Origin: Pyrinomonadaceae bacterium | GTDB lineage: Bacteria > Acidobacteriota > Blastocatellia > Pyrinomonadales > Pyrinomonadaceae | Length of the DNA stretch: 64,000 nucleotides | Assembly: GCA_046313635.1 (NCBI GenBank) | Contig: JBKBYA010000008.1 | Span: 1 to 64,000, forward strand | Reading direction: 5' to 3' | Shown here: positions 30,325-39,058 of the stretch, one piece after another | Layout: every line of letters begins with the position of its first letter | Position numbering within the stretch: position 1 is the first letter of the stretch | Notes under the pieces: model-generated | What the model was told of the DNA's origin: nothing | The model's input: only the letters and a program-made list of their open reading frames with translations | Database searches by the model: none | Program-made: the position numbers and the translations under genes

Positions 30325-30939
30325 ATGTACTGTTCTGCGTGCGGGGCACAGATCGCCGAGGCTCTCAACTTCTGCAGCCGCTGCGGCACACCGAGTGAAA
30401 GGAACTTCACTTCCGAACCCGACCCGGCTCGCCGGACGCTGGTCATCGGCGCGTCGGTGATCGGGGTCGTCGGCCTAATGGTTCTGATGCCGCTGATGCG
30501 AACTCTGCTGCAGAGCCGGCTCGAGACGCCCGCCGTAGTAATGATCCTCTTGGCCTACCTCGTCACGCTGATGATCATGTTTTCGGTAACGATGGGAATG
30601 GCGTGGAGATCGTCGGGCGCGAGCGGCCCCGGCCGGGGACGACAAAAGAAGACCGACGACACGCCTGACGCGGTCTATCGCCCGCCGGCGTCATTTCGCG
30701 CGATAGATACGGCCCAGCTTCATCCGGGCGAGCCTGGCTTTGGCAGTGTCACCGACTCGACGACGCGGATGAAGGCAGAGCTTCCGACCGCCGACGCTCG
30801 AAGCGCCTATTCACCGCCTCACGCCGCGATCCCGCCGCCCTCGATCACAAACCCTCTCGACGAGTTTCGCGAACCCGCCAGCGTCACCGAGTCCACGACG
30901 AGAACGCTCGGCAAGGTGTCTATCGAACGCAACAAATAG
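30325..30939 (+). CDS. Zinc-ribbon membrane protein
   Basis: MYCSACG....LNFCSRCG, two TM helices, duplicated SVT(D/E)STTR tail motif. Confidence 0.75.
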   Translation: MYCSACGAQIAEALNFCSRCGTPSERNFTSEPDPARRTLVIGASVIGVVGLMVLMPLMRTLLQSRLETPAVVMILLAYLVTLMIMFSVTMGMAWRSSGASGPGRGRQKKTDDTPDAVYRPPASFRAIDTAQLHPGEPGFGSVTDSTTRMKAELPTADARSAYSPPHAAIPPPSITNPLDEFREPASVTESTTRTLGKVSIERNK

Positions 30940-30991
30940 CGGCAGAAACCCGAACGTCGTCGCCGGCCGCGGACGGCCCGCCCGGATCAAA

Positions 30992-31044
30992 ATGCTCCGC
31001 CCGCGTCGTGTGCGTACGGCGTCGCACGACGCGGGGCGGAGCAT
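30992..31044. terminator. Strong GC hairpin between convergent genes (terminator or REP-like)
   Basis: ATGCTCCGCCCGCGTCGTG ... CACGACGCGGGGCGGAGCAT; no clear U-tract. Confidence 0.45.
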
Positions 31045-31072
31045 GCCTTGTGCACGATGCAGTTCGCGGGTT

Positions 31073-31801
31073 TCAGCTGCCGATCGTCTCTCGCAGCATC
31101 ACGGCGTAATCGCGGATCAGCCTTTCGCCGTCGCCGACAAATACCGATCCGTGCATCGACGCGACCGTCTTTGGCTTTAGATCGGCGATGCGCTGGAGCT
31201 CGCCGTCCGTCCGCGGCGTGTACGGCAGATAGTTGGCGAGCGGCCCGGCCTGCATTTCGGTGATGGTCGCCTGGGCCCGACCGACGATATCGGTCGACGT
31301 GAGCGGCTCGACATCGCCGTTCTGATGCAGCACGTCCGAACAGAAGAGAGTCGCGGTCGTCTCCTCGAACAGCATTCCTGCCTCCCAGCAGTGCGGCACA
31401 TGCGGCGTCGCTAGAAATCTGAATCGACGCTGTCCGGTCGACAGCGTGTCGCCGTCATTCATCCCAAGCGCGGGATTGGCCTGCGCAAAATCGTCGACGC
31501 TGACGAGCTTGCCGACCATGCTGCAGACGGCGGCGGCATTCGAGGCAACTGTCTGCCACTCGTTAAGCGAGCCGCACTCGTCCGCCTCGAAGTGACTGAA
31601 GCCGATCCACCGAAGCTTAACCGGATCGATCAGCGTCGCGACCGCCTCGTGCACGATCGGAAACAGATATCGCATTCCGGTATGGAACAGCAGCGGCTCG
31701 TCGTCGCGGACGAGGAACTGGCTAAAACCCAAATTGTCCTTTTCGAGAAATGTGTTGATCCTAAAAATGTCCGGAGCGATCTCCATAACGGTTGCTTTCA
31801 T
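31073..31801 (-). CDS. MBL-fold metallo-hydrolase (flavodiiron/ODP-like)
   Basis: [30 protein letters not shown]. Confidence 0.85.
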   Translation of the reverse strand: MKATVMEIAPDIFRINTFLEKDNLGFSQFLVRDDEPLLFHTGMRYLFPIVHEAVATLIDPVKLRWIGFSHFEADECGSLNEWQTVASNAAAVCSMVGKLVSVDDFAQANPALGMNDGDTLSTGQRRFRFLATPHVPHCWEAGMLFEETTATLFCSDVLHQNGDVEPLTSTDIVGRAQATITEMQAGPLANYLPYTPRTDGELQRIADLKPKTVASMHGSVFVGDGERLIRDYAVMLRETIGS

Positions 31802-31876
31802 AAGTAACGCCTCCGATCGTCTGCCGGCCAGCGGCCGCCAAATATCTACGCGGGTTTCGCCGCCGGAAAGGATCAG

Positions 31877-33577
31877 TCACGCCGTCGCCGTCTCGGGCTG
31901 CAGCGGCCGCCCGCGCCGCTCGAGCCTGACCTTGATCAGCGCGTTGACGACGAGGTAGATCGCGAGGACGATCAGCGCGAGCGACGAGACGCCGTTGATC
32001 AGCTTTGAGTCAAAGCCCGCGGCCGCGCGAAAGTTGCCGATCACGAGCGAGCCGAGCGCCCACAGCGTTATCACGAGCACGAAAAGCATCGGAATGAGCG
32101 TGAACGCGATCCGCTTGCGGGCCTGATAGAGCCACACCGTGATCGAAAGCAGCGTGAGCGCAGCCAGAAGCTGATTGGACGCGCCGAAGAGCGTCCAAAA
32201 ATCGAGGTACGATCCGGGCTTTGCGAAAAAGATCAAGAGGAAAGGCACGGCGCCGGTCCCGACAGTTCCGATCACCGCGCCGATGCGGCCCGGGATCCCG
32301 AAAAGCTCCTGGACGATGTACCGGCCGAGCCTCATCGAGACGTCGAGCGTGTCAAAGACGAATGTCGAGAACGCCATCGCACCGAACGTGATCGCGAACT
32401 GCAGATTCTCCTTTCCGATCACCAGCGTCAAAAAGCTGCCGATTCCGTTGCCGTAGATCTTGCCGGCCGACAGATTGCGGCCGTCGGGCCCGACCAGAGA
32501 GCCGCTCGTCGCGACCATCACGGTGACGAGCGCGATAAAGGCGACAAAACCCTCGGCCAGCATCGCCCCGTAGCCGACCGGACGCGTATGCGACTCTTTG
32601 TCGATCTGTTTCGAGGTCGTCCCGGAACAGACGAGGCCGTGAAAGCCCGAGCAGGCGCCGCAGGCGATCGTGACGAAAAGGAAAGGGAACAGCATTCCCG
32701 TCATCCCGCCGACGTCAAACGACTTGAACGCCGGCTGCTGGATCGAGTAGCCGCCAAAGAATATCCCGATCACGCCGAGAGCGATCGCCGTGTAGAGCAC
32801 GAATCCGCCGAGATAGCCGCGCGGCTGCAGGAGCGCCCAGACCGGCACTAGCGACGCGATGACGCAGTAAACAAGGATCGCGACCGACCAGCTCAGGTGG
32901 CTGAAATTCAAAACGTGCGAGTACATCGTACCGACCCACGACAGCGCAAACGTCGCCGGCACAAAAATGATCGTCACGAGCCACAGCGGCGGCCGAAGAA
33001 ATCTCTCGACCAGACCGAGCACGATCGACAAACCGAGATACAGAACGCTCGCCATCGCGACGGCTCCGCCGGGATTGAATCGCGTCTCGCCGACGAGAGC
33101 CTCGTCGCCGGCGACGAACGTCCCGGCCGTGATATCCGTAAAGGCGACGATCACGTAAACGAGCGCGATCCAGATAAATCCCATCATCGCCCGGCCCGCT
33201 CCGGTGCCGAGCTTCTCTTTTGTGATCTCCGCGATCGACTGCGCCCCGTGACGGACCGACGAGGCGAGCGCCGAAAAGTCGTGCACCGCGCCGATCAGCA
33301 CCACGCCGAGCGCGATCCAAAGCAGGCACGGCAGCCACCCGAAAGCGAGACACGCGATGATCGGCCCCGCGATCGGCCCGGCCGCCGCGATCGCCGAAAA
33401 GTGCTGGCCAAAGAGGTAGAACGGCTTTGTCGGCACAAAATCCTCGCCGTCGTTGACACGATTGGCCGGCGTGGCGTTATCGTCGTCGAGCCTGAACTGC
33501 CGCGCGATCCAGCGGCCGTACGCGAAGTAACCGAAGACGAGCCAAGCCAGAAACACGATCGCAAGAATTGTGAGCAT
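31877..33577 (-). CDS. cstA: Carbon starvation protein A family transporter
   Basis: GQHFSAIAAAGPIAGP, LPVW-like LLQPRGY, IACGACSGFH, YGAMLAEG, LFGASNQLLA. Confidence 0.92.
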   Translation of the reverse strand: MLTILAIVFLAWLVFGYFAYGRWIARQFRLDDDNATPANRVNDGEDFVPTKPFYLFGQHFSAIAAAGPIAGPIIACLAFGWLPCLLWIALGVVLIGAVHDFSALASSVRHGAQSIAEITKEKLGTGAGRAMMGFIWIALVYVIVAFTDITAGTFVAGDEALVGETRFNPGGAVAMASVLYLGLSIVLGLVERFLRPPLWLVTIIFVPATFALSWVGTMYSHVLNFSHLSWSVAILVYCVIASLVPVWALLQPRGYLGGFVLYTAIALGVIGIFFGGYSIQQPAFKSFDVGGMTGMLFPFLFVTIACGACSGFHGLVCSGTTSKQIDKESHTRPVGYGAMLAEGFVAFIALVTVMVATSGSLVGPDGRNLSAGKIYGNGIGSFLTLVIGKENLQFAITFGAMAFSTFVFDTLDVSMRLGRYIVQELFGIPGRIGAVIGTVGTGAVPFLLIFFAKPGSYLDFWTLFGASNQLLAALTLLSITVWLYQARKRIAFTLIPMLFVLVITLWALGSLVIGNFRAAAGFDSKLINGVSSLALIVLAIYLVVNALIKVRLERRGRPLQPETATA

Positions 33578-33673
33578 AAGGATCCGCGTTAGAAGTCGAA
33601 ATGTCGCAAAAGACGGGTAAATTTACGACACCGCCGACCACGGATTCAACTGCCCGGCCGCGGCGGGTGAATC

Positions 33674-33702
33674 TTGACAGTGATTTATTGATTATTTATT
33701 CT
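33674..33702 (+). promoter_or_regulatory. Sigma70 promoter upstream of riboswitch
   Basis: TTGACA-N17-TATTCT. Confidence 0.7.
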
Positions 33703-33715
33703 GCTTCACGACAAT

Positions 33716-33818
33716 CAGGCAAGGGGAGTAGGTAGCCCTCGCGGTCCTTTGAAACCGTCAATACGAGCGATCCCGGCGATCGCTCCGGTTCGAAGGCAAA
33801 GTATCGAGACCTTGCGTG
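33716..33818 (+). ncRNA. yybP-ykoY (Mn2+) riboswitch
   Basis: AAGGGGAGTAG ... CGTCAATAC ... CGAGACCTT consensus blocks directly upstream of a TerC/Alx gene. Confidence 0.88.
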
Positions 33819-33884
33819 CGACACAAATTCAATGTGTCCCGCGCGAGGTTTTTACTTTTGCGGGAACAGGATCTTGGAGGTTCT

Positions 33885-34961
33885 GTGGTTAGTCTATTTC
33901 CTTTTACGGATTATTGGTGGTTCTACGGTCTGTTCACGCTGTTTGTGCTGGGAATGCTGGCACTCGACCTCGGCGTGTTTCACCGCAAGGAGCACACCGT
34001 CACGTTCAAAGAAGCGAGCGTCTGGACGGGCGTCTGGATCGTCCTCGCGCTGGCCTTCAATTACTTCATATACCGATATGCGCTCTGGAAGTTTCCGCAG
34101 GACGCGCGGCTCGCGGCCATGCCCGGGTTTGATCCCGACCTCGCCGCATGGAATGTCTCGCTCGAGTTCCTGACGGGCTACGTCGTCGAAAAATCGCTGT
34201 CGGTCGACAACATCTTTATCTTTGTCGTCGTCTTTGCGTACTTTGCGATCCCTAGGATCTATCAGCACCGCGTGCTGTTTTACGGGATCATCGGTGCGCT
34301 TATCTTCAGGGCGATCTTTATCGGCGCAGGATCGTGGCTGATGCAGTTCCACTGGGTGATCTATCTCTTTGGCGGGTTTCTCATCCTGACGGGCGTCAAG
34401 ATGATGTTCGGGACGGAGACGGAGATCGAGCCCGAAAAGAACTTTCTCATCCGCACGTTCAAGCGCTTTATGCCGGTCACTCACACGCTTCGCGGCAAGC
34501 ATTTCTTTGTTAGAGAGGGCGGCCGCTGGGCGGCGACGCCGCTGTTCATCGCGCTGCTCTTCCTTGAATTCACCGACGTCATATTCGCCGTCGATTCGGT
34601 ACCGGCGATATTTGCGATCACGGCCGAGCCGATGATCGTTTTTACGTCGAATATATTCGCCATCCTCGGCCTGCGCTCGATGTACTTTATGCTCGCCGGC
34701 GCGGTCGACAAGTTTTATCTGCTCAAGTACGGGCTCGCCGTCGTGCTCGTCTTTGTCGGTCTGAAGATGGTCTGGCTCAACGACCTCTACGGCGGCAAAT
34801 TCCCCATCTCGTGGTCGCTCGGGTTCATCCTGACGACGATCGCGGTCTCTGTCGCAGCCTCGCTTCTGATGCCGCGGAAAGGCGGCGAGACTGTCGGCGG
34901 CGACGACGCTCCGGGCGCCGCCGCGCCGCACCGCAGCAGCCGCGGTGAGGCATTCGAATAG
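33885..34961 (+). CDS. alx: TerC/Alx family membrane protein (Mn homeostasis)
   Basis: EKSLSVDNIF, QHRVLFYGIIGA, DVIFAVDSVPAI, TSNIFAILGLRSMY; GGAGG RBS before GTG 33885. Confidence 0.92.
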   Translation: MVSLFPFTDYWWFYGLFTLFVLGMLALDLGVFHRKEHTVTFKEASVWTGVWIVLALAFNYFIYRYALWKFPQDARLAAMPGFDPDLAAWNVSLEFLTGYVVEKSLSVDNIFIFVVVFAYFAIPRIYQHRVLFYGIIGALIFRAIFIGAGSWLMQFHWVIYLFGGFLILTGVKMMFGTETEIEPEKNFLIRTFKRFMPVTHTLRGKHFFVREGGRWAATPLFIALLFLEFTDVIFAVDSVPAIFAITAEPMIVFTSNIFAILGLRSMYFMLAGAVDKFYLLKYGLAVVLVFVGLKMVWLNDLYGGKFPISWSLGFILTTIAVSVAASLLMPRKGGETVGGDDAPGAAAPHRSSRGEAFE

Positions 34962-35042
34962 CGGCCGCGATCTTTCACGAGACCGGCCCGCTAGGCCGAG
35001 GCAGACTCTTGTTGTGATACGCTTTTGCTCATCATCCTGCGT

Positions 35043-35513
35043 ATGAGCACAGAGACGAGATCACTGCAAGAGACCTACTCTCCGCAAGGTATCTGCTTCG
35101 GCTGCGGGCCGGCCAATCCAAAGGGACTTCACATCAGAAGCTTTGTCGACGGCGACGAGGTGGTCGCCGAGTGGAATGCCGAAGAGCACCACCAGGCGTT
35201 TCCCGGCGTGCTCAACGGCGGCATCATCGGAGCGCTGCTCGACTGCCATTCGAACTGGGCCGCCGCCTATCACCTGATGAAGCAAAACGGCCTCGACGCA
35301 CCGCCCTGCACCGTCACCGCCGAATTCCACGTCAAGCTGCTGCGGCCGACGCCGGCGGACGTCCCGATCACGCTTAGGGCTCGCGTCGTCGATTCGACCG
35401 GCGACCGCGCGACCGTCGAGGCCGAACTCATCGCGAACGGCAAGGTCTGCGACACATGCCGCGGCGTGTTTGTCGCCGTCAAAGAAGGCCATCCTGCATT
35501 TCACAGGTGGTAA
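35043..35513 (+). CDS. PaaI family thioesterase (hotdog fold)
   Basis: CFGCGPANPKGL, GVLNGGIIGALLD. Confidence 0.85.
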   Translation: MSTETRSLQETYSPQGICFGCGPANPKGLHIRSFVDGDEVVAEWNAEEHHQAFPGVLNGGIIGALLDCHSNWAAAYHLMKQNGLDAPPCTVTAEFHVKLLRPTPADVPITLRARVVDSTGDRATVEAELIANGKVCDTCRGVFVAVKEGHPAFHRW

Positions 35514-35521
35514 GAGCGTTT

Positions 35522-35617
35522 GCCGCGAATTGCACCAATGCCCTTCTCCATCGATACGTACGGCACGTCCGGCGTTACGCAGCAAAACACATTCGAGTCA
35601 TTCGTGTAATTCGCGGC
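35522..35617. repeat. Inverted pair of 9-mer arrays
   Basis: GCCGCGAATTGCACCAATG ... ATTCGAGTC ATTCGTGTA ATTCGCGGC; same family as 5879-5937. Confidence 0.75.
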
Positions 35618-36197
35618 CGATCCCTACTCGCTGCATTTGGGCGTTGAACTCGCCCGTGAGGCCGAGTCTTTCCATCCACAGGTTCTGCTCGCGCATAAGC
35701 GCGGGCAGATGCACGACGTCAGACAGCGCGTAATCGACGAGCTCCTCGGTCCAGATGCCGTCCCATTTTTTGGTGAATTTTGCGCGGTGCGATTTTTCGA
35801 GATCGACGGCGAAGTACCGGTAAAGCGTTTCGGCGAGCGAGGCCGACTGGTTGGCTCCGCGGGTGAGGACCTTTTCGGCGACCATCGTGTCAAAGACGTT
35901 CGCGACCGGCTGGCCGTGCTCGCGGAGGAATTCGAGATCGAACTTCGCGTTGTGAAAGATCTTCACGATCGACGCGCTCTCGAGCACCTCGCTCAATTGC
36001 CCCAATCCAACGCCTTCGCTGATCGGGACCAGCACGTTGAATTCGCCGTCCGAGAACTGCACCGAAAACAATTTGCCGTACCGAGGATCAAGCCCCGATG
36101 TCTCGGTGTCGCAGCCCAGCGCCGTGGCCGTCGAGAGTCGTCGGTACGCAAGCTCGATGTCTTGCTCGGTGCGGGCAATGAGGACGTTCACAACCAA
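35598..36197 (-). CDS. 3'-5' exonuclease (RNase D / Pol I exonuclease-like, DEDDy)
   Basis: DTETSGL, KIFHNAKFDL, FDTMVA, YALSDV. Confidence 0.88.
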   Translation of the reverse strand: MVVNVLIARTEQDIELAYRRLSTATALGCDTETSGLDPRYGKLFSVQFSDGEFNVLVPISEGVGLGQLSEVLESASIVKIFHNAKFDLEFLREHGQPVANVFDTMVAEKVLTRGANQSASLAETLYRYFAVDLEKSHRAKFTKKWDGIWTEELVDYALSDVVHLPALMREQNLWMERLGLTGEFNAQMQRVGIGRELHE

Positions 36198-36279
36198 ATT
36201 GTAAACGTCTCAACATCGGCGCGGAAATGTACTAATATTTCCCCGATCATTCGCTTAGCTTACGACATCGTCCTCGACT

Positions 36280-36733
36280 CTTTGCGTGCTTTGCGAGCTT
36301 TGCGTGAAATTCTTTCCCATATGACCGAAAACGAGATTTCCCGCGCCATCGTCGACTCGGCTTACAAGATACACAATGCTCTCGGACCGGGGCTTCTCGA
36401 GACCGTCTACCGCTCAGCCCTTGCTTTTGAATTACGAAAACGCGGCCTCCAGGCCGTCGAAGAGCGGCCGATACCGGTCATTTACGACGACGTAAAACTC
36501 GAACTGGGATTCCGTGCCGACATCATCGTCAACAACAAGGTGATCGTTGAGATCAAATCGATCGAGGCGCTGGCGCCGATCCATTCGAAGATACTCCTTA
36601 CAGATTTGCGACTCGCGGATATCCGGCTCGGGCTGCTGATCAATTCTAATGTCGAGCTTATCAAGGATGGATTGCGACGAGTGGTCAACGGCCTATAGAG
36701 AGCTTTCACGCAAAGCTCGCAAAGTACGCAAAG
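36280..36733. mobile_element. GxxExxY gene bracketed by 30-bp inverted 9-mer arrays (putative mobile unit)
   Basis: CTTTGCGTG CTTTGCGAG CTTTGCGTG AAA (36280-36309) versus reverse complement of 36704-36733, 29/30. Confidence 0.6.
36321..36698 (+). CDS. GxxExxY protein (PD-(D/E)XK nuclease-like)
   Basis: LGPGLLETVY, FRADIIV...VIVEIKS, GLLIN; ATG 36321. Confidence 0.92.
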   Translation: MTENEISRAIVDSAYKIHNALGPGLLETVYRSALAFELRKRGLQAVEERPIPVIYDDVKLELGFRADIIVNNKVIVEIKSIEALAPIHSKILLTDLRLADIRLGLLINSNVELIKDGLRRVVNGL

Positions 36734-36752
36734 ACGTGGATAATCGTTGGGT

Positions 36753-37406
36753 ATGCCCGAAGCTTTATCAGAGACCGAGGTCCGCATTCTCGGCAGTCTT
36801 GTCGAGAAGCAGCTCACGACGCCCGAGTATTATCCGCTGACGCTCAACGCGCTTGTCGCCGCGTGCAATCAGAAGACGAACCGCGATCCGGTCGTCGCAT
36901 ACGACGAGACGACCGTGACGGCCGCGCTCGAGAGTTTGCGTGAAAAGAATCTCGTTTACGTCTTTTACGGCGCCGGAAGCCGGACGGTGAAGTACAAGCA
37001 TATGCTCCCCGGCGTGTACGAGCTCGATCCGGCCGAGACCGCCGTCGTCGCCGTGCTAATGCTGCGCGGCCCGCAGACGCTCGGCGAGATCAAGGAACGC
37101 GCGCATCGCATGCATGACTTCGCAAACCTCGGCGAAGCGCAGGAGGTGCTCGACCGGCTCGCTACTCGCGACGACCCCGTCGTCGTCCGCCTCGAGCGCC
37201 AGCCGGGGCAGAAGGACGCGCGTTACGCTCATCTGCTCGCCGGCCCGGTCGACGCGGCCGCCGTCGCGCAGCCGTCACGATCGGCGGGAACGTCCGGCGT
37301 CGCCGCCGAGCGGATCGAAAGGCTCGAGACCGAGATCGCCGAGCTCCGGGCCGAGCTGGCCGAAATACGCGAGACCTTTGAACAGTTTCGACGCCAGTTC
37401 GAATAG
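36753..37406 (+). CDS. YceH (DUF480) family protein
   Basis: LVEKQLTTPEYYPLTLNAL..ACNQKTNRDPV, LMLRGPQT.GE. Confidence 0.92.
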   Translation: MPEALSETEVRILGSLVEKQLTTPEYYPLTLNALVAACNQKTNRDPVVAYDETTVTAALESLREKNLVYVFYGAGSRTVKYKHMLPGVYELDPAETAVVAVLMLRGPQTLGEIKERAHRMHDFANLGEAQEVLDRLATRDDPVVVRLERQPGQKDARYAHLLAGPVDAAAVAQPSRSAGTSGVAAERIERLETEIAELRAELAEIRETFEQFRRQFE

Positions 37407-37423
37407 CCCGACCCGGACCGCAC

Positions 37424-37451
37424 AAAAAAGGAGGGCCGGCACGGGCCCTCC
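37424..37451 (-). terminator. Intrinsic terminator
   Basis: GGAGGGCC..GGCCCTCC stem with T6 on the minus strand. Confidence 0.7.
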
Positions 37452-37488
37452 GCAAAGGAGTCTGATTTTTCGAGAGATCGAACTTAGC

Positions 37489-38424
37489 TTACCTGCCGCG
37501 AGCCATCCGGCGGATGCCCATCCGCATCTCGACAAGCTGCTCGGGCGTGACGCTCGGGTCGCTCGCCTTTGCCTGACGGATAAAATCCGCGTCGACATTG
37601 AAGATTCGGAATCTGACGACCTGCTCGGCCGAGAGGTCCGCGTATCCCTCGCTCTTGAGCGAATGCAGAAATTCAGGCGTGACCTTAAAGATCCTGAATC
37701 TTACAAGCTGCTCAAAGTCGCTGCCGGCGAAGCCCATCGCGTGCACGTCGCGGACCCACGCGGCGTCGATCTTGAAGATGCGCGCCTTGACGAGATCTTC
37801 CATCGACAGATCGGGAAATCCGCTGGCCTTCATCTCGCTCATGAATTCGGGCGTGATCTTGAATATCGCCGCCTTAAAGAGATCGTCGACATCGAGCGGG
37901 CCAAAGTTGGCCGACAGCAGATCGTCCGCGAGCTTGGTCGTCACATTCAGCGCGGCCGCGACGAACAGACGGTCCTCGAGATCGTCGCGTTCGGTGCTCG
38001 CATCGTCGCGGCTGCGGCGAAATTTCGATCTTGAAAAATCGAACCCGCGGCTCTTCATCGCGTCGACATACGAGCGGCTGGGTGTGAACGTAAAAGTTCC
38101 GCTCCCCCTGCCGTCGGTGAACGACCCCTCGAGATCGATCGTCCCGGCCTCGCGCACGATGCGAAAGCTGACCTTGCCGCCCCGCGTCTGCGAGGCGGTC
38201 AAACCTTCGAGCTCGCTGTACTCGTAGGAGCGGCCGATCTGGTTGCGGCGGTCGCCCATCGATCGGCGCGAGAGCTGCAGCTCGATCTTGTCGGCGTCTT
38301 TGTCGTCGCGGGCGTCGGCGGTCCATGTGCCGCTGATCGGCGACTGCGCGACGATCACGTACGAGCCGATGACGATGATGATAAAAGCGATGGATGAGAG
38401 CTGATAAAAAAGACCTTTCCGCAT
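37489..38424 (-). CDS. Secreted hypothetical protein with about 35-aa internal repeats
   Basis: Signal-like N-terminus; repeated L..(A/F)RIF.(I/V)..E(F)....K..G units. Confidence 0.75.
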   Translation of the reverse strand: MRKGLFYQLSSIAFIIIVIGSYVIVAQSPISGTWTADARDDKDADKIELQLSRRSMGDRRNQIGRSYEYSELEGLTASQTRGGKVSFRIVREAGTIDLEGSFTDGRGSGTFTFTPSRSYVDAMKSRGFDFSRSKFRRSRDDASTERDDLEDRLFVAAALNVTTKLADDLLSANFGPLDVDDLFKAAIFKITPEFMSEMKASGFPDLSMEDLVKARIFKIDAAWVRDVHAMGFAGSDFEQLVRFRIFKVTPEFLHSLKSEGYADLSAEQVVRFRIFNVDADFIRQAKASDPSVTPEQLVEMRMGIRRMARGR

Positions 38425-38516
38425 TCGGGATCCTCCGAGATCTGTTTGGATTTTGTCGCTTAGGTGCGAATTACATCCCGAATACCCCGCCCGCCCTTCG
38501 TTTGTGACAAAAAGAT

Positions 38517-38993
38517 CTAGCCTGCCAGCCGCGCGAGGGCCTCGCTTCCGAATTTGAAATGGGTCTCGCCGTCATTGGCGACGGCGCCGAGATCGCGGTA
38601 AAAGCCGATCGCGGGCACGTTCCAATCGAGCACCTGAAAGTCGATCCGCTCGAGCCCGCGCTCGAGGGCCGTCCGCGCGATCTCGCCGAGCAGCGCCCTG
38701 CCGAGACCGCCGCCGCGTCGGGCCCGTTCGATGTAGATGTCCTCGAGATAAAGCCCGCGCTCGCCGCTGAAGGTGGCAAAGTTCGGATAAAAGATCGCGT
38801 AGCCGCAAAGGTCGTCGCCGCTCTGGGCGACGAGGCATTCGACAAACGCTTCGTCGCCAAACAGCACGTCAGCCAGGCGCTGCTCGGTGACCCGAAAATA
38901 CTCGAGCAGCTTTTCAAACTCGGCAAACTCGCGCATCAGGCGATGAATGCCGGCGATATCGTCGGGGCGCGCTTTTCGGATCGTGACGTTCAT
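38517..38993 (-). CDS. GNAT family N-acetyltransferase (SSAT-like)
   Basis: LYLEDIYI..ARRGGGLG, VLDWNVPAIGFY. Confidence 0.9.
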   Translation of the reverse strand: MNVTIRKARPDDIAGIHRLMREFAEFEKLLEYFRVTEQRLADVLFGDEAFVECLVAQSGDDLCGYAIFYPNFATFSGERGLYLEDIYIERARRGGGLGRALLGEIARTALERGLERIDFQVLDWNVPAIGFYRDLGAVANDGETHFKFGSEALARLAG

Positions 38994-38999
38994 AAGAAT

Positions 39000-39033
39000 A
39001 AAAAGGCCGTGCCCGATATTAACAGGCACGGCC
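39000..39033 (-). terminator. Intrinsic terminator
   Basis: GGCCGTGCC..GGCACGGCC stem with T-run on the minus strand. Confidence 0.7.
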
Positions 39034-39058
39034 AGCGGGTTTTAGCGTCGATAGGAAG

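Noticed and set aside
35637..36320. 353-aa ORF 35637..36698 as a fusion protein
   Set aside because: The N-terminal part is the antisense shadow of the exonuclease gene; the real GxxExxY gene starts at ATG 36321.
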